Shown here: positions 42,247-54,800 of the stretch, one piece after another
Position numbering within the stretch: the first letter of the stretch is position 1
How the letters are laid out: each line of letters opens with the position of its first letter
Origin: Oikopleura dioica
Lineage: Eukaryota > Animalia > Chordata
Assembly (NCBI GenBank): GCA_907165135.1
Contig: OU015567.1
Span: 11,346,001-11,410,000, forward strand
Length of the DNA stretch: 64,000 bases
Direction of reading: 5' to 3'
Notes under the pieces: generated by a model
Databases searched by the model: none
What the model was told of the DNA's origin: nothing
What the model saw: the letters and a program-made list of their open reading frames with translations, nothing else
Program-made: the position numbers and the translations under genes

Positions 42247-43115
42247 GTCTCGAGTTCAAAATTTGCGCTCTGAAGAGCAAGTCCTTGATTTTTGCAATAT
42301 TTCGTCACGCACCACGGGCGCCGCCAACCTTTCTGGTTCGATCCATTCTGGGTACCTTAAAATTAGGTTACTCTTTGTTGATAAAGGGTAGACGATTAAA
42401 ATCAGTGCGAATTTATCACTGTCGATAGCAGCTGTTGTATTGCAGGCAATATGCCAAAAACTAAGTCAAAAATAGAATTCCGATCTTCGAAGTAATAAGA
42501 CTGTTAACTTTACAGTGAAAACTACAGTGCATGAAAAGATTGAGGATAAATTCATCTGGAAACCCTCTTATCCTTGGGACACTTCTAGAAAAATCAATAG
42601 AATGAGTGATGGCTGGGGCAAACCCGGAAATCGCACTAAGTGTAAAAACCCTCTATAAGCGGAAATAACGGCATGGTCGCTCTTTCATTTGATAAATTTA
42701 TGAGCAGGAACACTCATTATTTCAATAAAATTACTTTCGTAAAATTAACTTACTTTTTTATAAAGCTTCGTTTCAGCTCTCTTTCAGGACACTGGTCGCC
42801 TTTTCCTCATTGTAGCTCCCGGACGAGCTCTCTTTTATTTCTCAAAGAAAAACTCGGAGATTCGCTCTGTTTTTGAGGGCTCGAGCGCAAGGATGAGTCA
42901 TTTTTTGAGCAAAGTGTTCTCATAAATTGCGCCTCGAGCGTCTCAATCACTCTTTTCGTAAATACTGCTTTTTGACTTTTTTGCCGCGAAAAAATTAAAT
43001 CTAGAATCTTTATCGCTAAATATCTAGAAAAATTACGAATGCGAGGGAAAATGCGCTGAGGAAAAAGTGAAAAACAAGAAGTAAGAAAAGAAAATATTCT
43101 TGTCGATTCGTGAAG

Positions 43116-45297
<2,182 letters not shown>

Positions 45298-45666
45298 TAC
45301 TCTCTACATGTATTTAATTAAATGTCTCGAGTTCCAACTTCCACCTCCTATGATTTCAACAATTCAGTCCGTACAGCCTTATTTCTTATATCAAAAAGCA
45401 AACTTTCTATTCGCCAATAATTGTGAACTATCGCCTTAGCACTCTTGAAATTTCTTGAAATTCAAAAATCTGCTTATCAATTACCAAAAAGACCGCTTTA
45501 CCTAATCTTTGACATGTATATTCTGATTGCTCTTTTTCTTCTTCTCATTAAAATAACAGCTAAACTCAATAGCTTCGATTGAAAAAATTCCAATTAGACA
45601 CCTCAGTAGACAAATCAGTCTGGTTGAAGTAGACTGAAAAGAAAAAAATAATTGTTTTGTCATTAG

Positions 45667-47153
45667 ATGGGGCTTCTCAGAGGATCGAGTTGTATAGACG
45701 TGCTTTTTTAAGGTTCCTGTATTTAAAAGACCCACTTCCACCTTTTTATACCAGGAACATCATACAGATTTGGAATCAGCAGGAAATTTTAAGAACTTTG
45801 ACCATTTTAGTTTCCAAAATTTCCACTTCCGGTTCGATTCTAGAGCCGGAAGTTGACGAAATTTTTGAGTCTGGGCAACTTGTGACCTATCAAATTGATG
45901 CTTAGAAGATTTCCTATCATCTGAGAGAGGAATCAATGCCGACCGCAGTCAAATCAACCGCTAAAAAATTAAAGAAAAATCACAAATTTATGCCTTTTTC
46001 CCAGTTTTGCCGGTCGGTTTGGCCGCGGTTGGGATGGTTTTCTTGAATGATTTGTAGATGAGACGACTCGAAATCTTCTGAGTATCAATTTGATAGGTCA
46101 CAAGTTGCCCAGACTCAAAATTTCGTCAACTTCCGGCTCTAGAATCGAACCGGAAGTGGAAATTTTGGAAACTAAAATGGTCAAAGTTCTTAAAATTTCC
46201 TGCTGATTCCAAATCTGTATGATGTTCCTGGTATAAAAGGTGGAAGTGGGTCTTTTAAATACGGGAACCTTAAAAAAGCACGTCATAGCAAGTAGAAGCC
46301 ACTTTCCCTCCAAGAGAGGATTTTACAATGATATTCTTGAATGGGGAAAGAAACGGTCCGTTCGTCGGATGTACAAAGACTTCTATGCCTCGCCAAATGA
46401 TGTTCCTGGATCGACAATGGATATTTACCGCGATCTTCATCGTTACTACGGACTTCAGCACAAATCTTTCGAAGACGCGTTGCCGGAAATTCGAGCGGAA
46501 TATTTTGCTAGAATCAAGTACAGCAACTTCGATCGAAATACACCGATCTAATCAAATTTAGAGCTACTTTCGTGATGGGAGCGACGTTACAGACAGCCTT
46601 TACAGTTTTTTCGATCCTGTTATTTGTGATTTTAGCGACTCAAGTAGCGGCGCAGGTTTCAAATAAGGTTAACTCTAATAAAGGGTTAGGTTCTCTTTTA
46701 CTCTAATATTTTTCTGCTCAGACGAATGAAGAAGAAGTTGAATCTACCCTCAACGAAAGAGTAGAAAGCGAGGTCGAACAGATAATCTCCCAGATCCAGT
46801 CCCAAAGTTTCGATCAAAAAGAAATCGAGCGAAAATGGCAGTTCATCGTAAACGAACTCAATTTGGGAAAAGCAGAAAACGTCGAGAAGAGTCTCGAAGC
46901 TTCTTGGACTAATATTCAAACGAAAGATTTCATCACAGGCGCTCCTTTAGCCAACAAAACTGTTTACCCTTGGAGCTTCAAAAATGCTGATTTCCGTGAA
47001 TCTGTCGAATCCAGAGGCAATATTCTTCCATTCCCTTTAAATTATATTCCTCCTGTTGAGTTTCATTCCTCTGTTTTAAATGTTTATAACATGTTTCAAC
47101 TTGTTGCGGATGCTGGAAGTTTTCTTATTAAAAATATCAAGGACTTGCTATAA
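45667..47153 (+). CDS. Uncharacterised single-TM protein with a mitochondrial-presequence-like N-terminus, interrupted after codon 10 by a foldback MITE
   Basis: Removing 45697-46287 restores MGLLRGSSCIASRSHFPSKRGFYNDILEWGKK...; later exons encode a TM (TAFTVFSILLFVILA) and end FLIKNIKDLL*. Confidence 0.6.
45697..46284. mobile_element. 588-bp foldback MITE with about 215-bp near-perfect TIRs and 3-bp TSD (ATA)
   Basis: GACGTGCTTTTTTAAGGTTCC... mirrored by ...GGAACCTTAAAAAAGCACGTC; ATA at 45694-45696 and 46285-46287. Confidence 0.9.
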
Positions 47154-47198
47154 ATTTGTAATATTTAAAATCAAATGTTTGAATTAAAAATTTAGATA

Positions 47199-48429
47199 AT
47201 GGGTCGTGATTTTTACGGAATCCTTGGTGTGCCAAAAGGTGCTTCAGATTCTGAAATCAAAAGGCGTACAGGAAGCAGGCCTTAAAATACCATCCTGGTA
47301 TGTCCTCCCTTTCTATTCTGAGTCTTCATAAATTTTTCAGACAAAAACCCGAACGATAAAGCAGCGGAAGCAAAATTCAAAGATGTCAATGCAGCATTCG
47401 AATGCTTATCCGACAAGAAGAAGAGAGACACGTACGATTCCTTCGGCGAAGAGGGATTGACCCAGGGAGGCGGCGGTGGCGGCTTCGGAGGCGGATTTGG
47501 TGGCGACCCAAATGATATCTTCCGAATGTTCTTTGGCGGCGGAGGAATGGGTGGCATGGGCGGAATGGGAGGTCGAGGAGGCCGTGGAAATCCATTCGGC
47601 GGCGGACGTGGTGGATTCAAGTTTGTTGGAGTACTGTTTCTCTGGATAAACTTTTGTTCAGCTTCGGAATGGACGACCTTGATGATGATGATGGATTTGG
47701 TTTCGGCGGCTTCGGTGGGGGTTGTCCCGGTGGTCGAAGAAGACGGCCAGAACCATTGAAGCCAGGAGCGAACCTCGAAGTCGACTTGAAGTGCTCACTA
47801 GAAGATCTTTATACTGGAGCAACGAAGAGAATGAAGGTAAGCGACGAAAATACATGCAGATGATTATTTTACTTTCGTAGATCGGAAGAAAGCGAAGAAA
47901 TCAAATGGGCGGCTACATTACTGACTCAAAAGTTTTAACAGTAAATCTCAAGCCCGGATGGAAGGAAGGAACAAAAATAACCTTCAACAAGGAAGGCGAT
48001 GAAAAGCCAGGATATGAAGCCGAAAATATCGTATTTATTATCAAGGTTCATTTTAAGACTTAAATTTGTTGTAAACATTTGGTTTTAGCAAAAACCCCAT
48101 GATTATTGGGAGCGAGAAGGGAATGATTTGAAAAAGACGATTGAGATTCCACTAAAAGTTGCTCTTCTTGGCGGAGAAGTACCGTTGAAAATGCTCAATG
48201 GAAATTCTGAAAATATTCGTATTTCGAGGATGGAAAAGGTTACTCATTCTTCATTAGTCCGCCTTATTGACCCTTCTTTTAGCCTAATACCGAGAAGGTT
48301 ATTTTCGAAAAAGGAATGCCCATTTCTAAGAAGCCTGGAACCTTTGGCGATATGATTCTCACCATCAAAACCCTCTACCCAAAAAATCTTTCAACCGCTG
48401 ACAAACAGTTTCTTGCCGACTTGCTCTAG
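47199..48429 (+). CDS. Class B DnaJ/Hsp40 (DNAJB1/4/5-like); 1-nt homopolymer frameshift at 47259-47262
   Basis: [11 protein letters not shown]...[17 protein letters not shown]-rich region, [44 protein letters not shown]. Confidence 0.93.
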
Positions 48430-48825
48430 GCTCCTTTCGCATACATAGTTCTCCTTGTTTATTGTTGATTTCGAAATTTAATTTATTACTGACATTTTTT
48501 TCGCGTTTTCCAGCACCGGAGATAGCAATCTCTCTACCTCTGCATACCAAAAATGACATCAACAAACTAAGAATTGCCCATTGGCATTTTCAAGTAAAAA
48601 TACACTAATCAAAGTTCTACTAGGATCTTCAAATTTAATTGAGAAACTACTGTTGAACTACTGTAACAGTTCAGGCATAAGTTCGACGGCTAATCAACAC
48701 TTGTATTTCCCGAGATTTATTGTAATAATCTGCAAACTCTAGGACAATTATTTATAAATACTAATTCGCGAAAACTTCAACACTATGAACTGTTTTTTTA
48801 CTATCTAGTTTCAAGAGTAAATGAG

Positions 48826-51800
48826 ATGTCATCGATTTCGAGCAGAACAGTCATCGCCATCGATAAATCGTATTATATGGGCAGGCGAGTGCAGCAAGCT
48901 CTGAACGTTGAGTCACTTGTGCGGGGAAATAATGTTGAAGGCTATGTTCAACAGCCGGGCACTGTTTATCAGTCAGCTCTTCAGTCAATGACAGAATACT
49001 GTAGGAAAGGTTTTTAAAGCTTCGAAAGGTTCATTGATAACAGCTCAAAACTTGAAAAAGAATCGTCTGGGATATTTTCGGCAGCGAACGAAAATTCTTG
49101 TTCAAGACTATTGGGATCTTAGATTCGTTAGACTCCCTCGTCCCCTAAGGTCACTTGCTTATCTAGATCGAGCTTTGCTCGGTCGCCGCCGTGTATTTCT
49201 CTTCATTCGGTAATTCACGCAGTTCGTGAATTAACCTCTATTTTACTCCAGCTCGAAATACAGACGTCAAGATACTTTACTCGTTTTCTTCACTCGTCCA
49301 GATATAGAGAGCAGGCAAACTACGCTAGAAGTGGGAGATTCAGCAGAAGCTAGGATCCCTTCAGTGGTATCAGAGTAGTCCCGTTGGAGAAAAGATAAAT
49401 TTTTCCGCCATCGACAACCGAAGTTTCGCAACTTGGACGCTGATTGGCCGTCAGCGGAGTCGAGGGGAACCGAATCACCAACCGCCACCGCGCCGCCGGA
49501 GAAACTCCACTCAGAGAATTTTCCGCACCACACCAACACCACCCCGAGCGAGCGCCACCGCACGAGCGCCACCACGACCCACGCGCCGAAAGTCGCGCCC
49601 ACGCAACCACGCACGCACGCCGGGGAAAACCTAAAATACTGAGAAAAACATAATTCTTTCGCCACTTTTCACCAAAAATCGAGAGAAGTTTACGAAGAAT
49701 CGACCCTTGGACCAGACCTTGAAATTTCGACAATCGCTGGACAGAGAAATCGTCGGGCGTTTGCGCAAAAAGGCACCTCAGCTCATCATATTGCGACTTT
49801 TAGTCGCAGTATTTTCTGAGGGCCTGAAAGGTAATCCAAGGCCCATAAACCCTTACTGCCGATATATTTCGAGCTATGGCGGCGAACAAATCACTGCTAG
49901 AAACCGTCACCGAAATAAGAAGCATAAACGATCGAGTAAACTACCTCGAAGAACAAGTGCGAAATGACGAATCACTAAAGCCAAGCCTAGAGCCCTTGAT
50001 CACAGAAAGCAGAGTAAAATTAGAACAGCTCAGTACAACGCTTCTTACCTGCGAGCTCGATCAAGGAAAAGACTCTACGAATGCGACAATGAGAGAAGAA
50101 GCATGGGTGGCCACTACCCGGTCTCGTCACGTCCAAGACTTGCCGAAGCTGGACGCCGCATGCAACACATCTTTCAACACCTTCTTGGGCAGAGCCGACA
50201 TTTATCACCGCGCCTACGTCCGCGACAGACCTTCACGTGAACAGCCTTTCATCGCAGCAGTGTACAGCCACTTCGACTTGAACATCGAACGCTCACTTGG
50301 AACCGAATTTCTGAATTGTCAAGACTGGAAATCGGCCAAGGCGCTGCTAGAGAAATCATTCGCCGCGAAGAGTCACTACTTACTGAAGCTAAGCGAAGTT
50401 TTCGACGTCGAATACGACCATTCGAAGCCGTTTGCACACTACACCGCCAACGTCTTGCAAAAGATGAACGAGGCGAAGCAAGCGACTTTGAACTCTTACC
50501 GACAAGAGAAGTCAGCCGACGCCGGGGTCGATGAAATATTTGACATATTCTCGACGATGATGCTGTACTTGAATCTTAGGAAAGAAGAACCAGACGTTTT
50601 CAACGCAATCCTTCCAAGCCTATCAAAAGTTTACGATATCAACGAACTCTGCCGTCTCGCCCAATCCACAAGACAGAATCGAGTTGACAGCGCGACCGTC
50701 TCCCAGCACTTCAACAGAAATAAGAACAAAAAGAAGAAGAATGCTAAGCGCGCCAGCAACGATTCTAAGGATGGGAAAGACGATAAACAACCAGAATCCA
50801 AGAAGATAAATACGACTAAGAACGTTGAAGATTTCCAACCATTCGACGTTCACTTTTACACAGTGAAGAAGAAGCGACCAGGAAAGGCTTATTTCGCTTC
50901 GGCTACCATCATTACGGGCTCTAAAAGTTTTGACGTATCGATGGAAGTCGACAGCGGAGCCGAGTCCTCCTGTCTGTCCGCTGCTTACGTTCCCGACGAA
51001 TTTCTCCAGATGCTGAAGCCCTGTCCCTTCAAGGTCACCGGTTTCAGCCCAAATATTCCCGCCGAGCAGCCGATGGGTATCCTTCCCTGCCGCTTATCAT
51101 TCAATGGTGGCCCTGCATTCTCCCTGAATCTCACCATTATGCCAGGCAGTAAATACCCAAGTCTACTGGGCCGCGATATACTAGAGAATGCGATGACGGA
51201 CAGCTTCACAGTCGACAATAAGAATCGTACTCTCTCATTTTGCTACAACGAAGCCTTCACACAAACTGAGACTCAAGTGGTGAAGCTGGACGGAGTGAAG
51301 CGGACCAAAATCAAGAAATACTTGACTACTAGATCAGCGGTCAAGGATAGCGATCGATCCCGCACTCAACCGCCACCAAAAGTCCCAAAGCTGGACGCAC
51401 CTAACAAGAACGCAGCCAGGTGCCCCATTCAGCTAGCGAAGCAAAAACTCGGAATTACCCTACCAGCAAACGCCGACCCGGGGCAAAAGAAGGTGGTCGC
51501 CGAGCTGTGTTTGGAATTCGACGACAGATTCGGCTGCGACGGTCAAAAAATGGGTGAATTCCCGTTCGAGATCGAAATCCCGACTGATGGTACGAGTCGA
51601 AACATCAGTCAACACCCGATTCCGCAAGCTTTTCATGGTCAGGTCAGCGATCACATCTCCGAACTGCTCGAAACGAAAATAATAGAAGAGATCAAAGACC
51701 AGAAAGGGTTTAACAGCCCGGTATTGCCTATTCCTAAGAAATCTGGGGAAATGCGCTTCTGCATCAACTACAAAAACAGCCTGAACAAATGCCTCTCCGA

Positions 51801-54800
51801 CAAATCCGACCCTTACCATCTCCCAAGCATGGAGGATACGATTGCGAACATTGGACCGGGCAATAAGTTTTTCGCCACAGTTGATCTACGAAGTGGATAT
51901 TGGCAGTGCCCTGTAAAGAAAAGCGACAGGTACAAGACTTCCTTCCAGTGGGGTGGGAAATCTTACGCCTTCTGCAGACTACCATTCGGTTATCGATGCT
52001 CGGGGAATATATTCTCGCGCGTCGTAAACACAATTCTCGACTCAAGCCCCACCAGGAAAAAGATGCTTTCTTATATCGATGACATAGTGTGTTTTGGGAA
52101 GACTTTCAGCTGCTATTACAACACTCTCCGAAACCTATTCATCGCGCTCCGCAAGTTTAACGCTAAACTCAAGGGCGAAAAGTGCTCTTTCCTACAATCC
52201 GAAGCTCACTTTTTGGGCCGAATCATCAACGAAGATGGAATCAAACCGGACCCTGCGCAAGTCTCCGCTCTTCGTCAGATGAAACCCCCACGCTCCCAAA
52301 AGGAGTTAGCTTCATTAATCGGGTCATTGAATTGGATCCGAGGTTTTCTAGAAACGAAAATGGGCGAAGCTATTTCATCCGGTTGCTTCTCGAGCAGAAT
52401 GAAGCCCATAAACGATGTTCGAAATTCGGCGAACGAAACAAATTGTTTCAAGTGGACCAAAGAAGCGGATTTGGCGCTCAAGGAAATTCAACGACGACTC
52501 TCCGAGACTCCAGTCATAAGTTTTCCTAACTTTGACGAGTCTTTTCATCTCTACACAGACGCGAGCCTGTACGCAGCGGGTGGCGTCCTGCTACAAGAGT
52601 ATGGCGGGAGAGTGCACCTAGTAAGCGCGATTTCCCACACCTTCAACAAAGCTGAAAGAAAATGGAACACTTCAGAAAAGGAAATGTTTAGCATTGTCTG
52701 GTGCTGCGAGCGACTGGAAAAGCTCCTGAAAGGTAGATTCTTTCAGATTCACACAGACCACCGATCTTTGATCTTCCTACACAAAAAGAAGTTCAAGAAT
52801 TCTAAAATAAGCCGATGGCAAAGCCGATTGGAAGAATTCGATTTTCACATTGTCTACATCAAGGGATCAGAAAATCAATTCGCCGACTTTATGAGCCGCA
52901 GACCTGGCGAGGACGACAAATCACTTGGATACGACTCTGAGTTTCCCGTTGGTCGCGAGTACGAAATCGACAAGAATTCACCAGTACGTGTCTTCGTCCC
53001 TTTCTGGAACGAAAATCAGTTTCCGGAGAAAATCACTTTATCAGAGGTGAAGATACATAAGGTAAACGTCAAGGCTATCGCGGCGCCAATGGAGATTCCG
53101 TTGGTGTCAGCGAATTATAATAACATTCTGGACTATCAAAGGGAGGACTCTGCTCTGAGTGCAATCATCACTTTTCTGGAATCTGGTAAGGAGCCACTGG
53201 ACATAAAATCGCTGGTGAAGGACTCCGACCACCGACAATCGTCTCTACTCAAGATGGAAAAAGCTCTGTTCCTGGATAACACTACCGGGTGCTTGATGTG
53301 TCAATTCAAATCTGGCGCGCGGGCGGTGGTACCGGAAGCGGTAAAAAGTCACTTTCTCTTTCTAGCTCACGACTTGTCCGGTCATCTGGGCGAGCCGCGG
53401 ACTTTAGAGCGATTAGAGGACGTTTGGTGGCCTTCATTTCAAGACGATGTTTCTAACTACGTCCACAGCTGCGTCCCTTGCCTACGCAGAAAAGGATCTG
53501 CTGGAACTCGTACCAAACCGCCACTTGGAACCCTTCGTCGTGGAAAAACAGCTGGCGAATCGATTCAGATCGATTTCGCTTGTATGCCTCCCGCTGGCGG
53601 ATTCAAGTATTATTTGGTGGTGGCGGACACTTTCTCTCGCTACACTTGGTGCATTCCGACGCGGTCCGACACTGCTATCTGCGCTGCAAAAGCGCTCATC
53701 TACAAGGTCTTCCTTCCCATGGATTTCTTGCCGAAACATCTACACAGTGACAGAGGTACCCACTTCTGCGCAAGCGTGATTGACGAAATGTGTAAGCTTA
53801 ACCAGATAAAACATACAATAAGTACCGCATTTCACCCTCAATCAAACGCTTTCGCAGAAAGAGCGAATCGGACTATCAAAAACAGTCTATTCTGCATGGT
53901 CAACTCATCTTCCGGTCGAAAAACTTGGGCCGACTGCGTTCCCCACGTGATGCGCGCGCTCAATAGTGTGAAAAACAAAAGCACGAAAATTTCACCGCGA
54001 GAAGTTTGGTTTGGCCGAAAAAGTACTTTCACCCACTCTACTGGCGCAGAAATGACAGCGGAAACACCTCAGGTGTTTGGTCTCAATGTGGGAGCTTTAG
54101 CGAAATCGGCGGAAGCCATTGTGAAAACTGCGATGGAAGCTGCTGACCGAGCCATGGAGCACAGGCTGAAAAACGAGCCTAAGCCGAGACCAATCCCCGC
54201 TGGCGCTGTCGTGTACATTAAGCGAGAAAACCTGACCGACGCTAAAAGCAAGAAGGAACGCTGGGTAGGTCCCCTGAAAGCCGTTTCGAGCAACGACTGG
54301 GTCGTCATGGTCGAAGATAAAAAAGGACAACGTGATTTCATCCATCGAGAACACGTGGTTCACGCCGCAGAACGAAATCACGACTTACGCTGGATTGATT
54401 ACTACGAGGCCGAGTACGTATTCCCACATTTAACCGAAATCGTTAAGTCGAAAGTCCCACAAAAATCGCCTGTTCCTACTTCCAAACCGATGGAAAAGTC
54501 CGGGTCGAAGTCGCATGGGGGGAGGAAATCTTCTCAGGTCGCGTCGACTCCGATGGTTGCTATGGAAAAACCGCCAAGATCATCTCTATCACCTATTTTG
54601 GAAAGTAGACGCCGATTGGACATGGAAAATCTGGGAGATACAACCGCTACATCTATTTTGGACTCGTCGGTAGCTCCAGCCGAGCCGTCAGATCGCTGGT
54701 ACTCTGGTGGTACTCTTTATGAAACTGCCGAGGACATGTCAGCTGATGCTACAGTGATTTCGGAGGTTGCTGCGCCCGACAATAGCCATATGTCAGTCGA

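Noticed and set aside
47259-47262. DNAJB pseudogene (frameshift in the J domain)
   Set aside because: A single missing A in an A-run with the rest of the gene intact; probable sequencing error.
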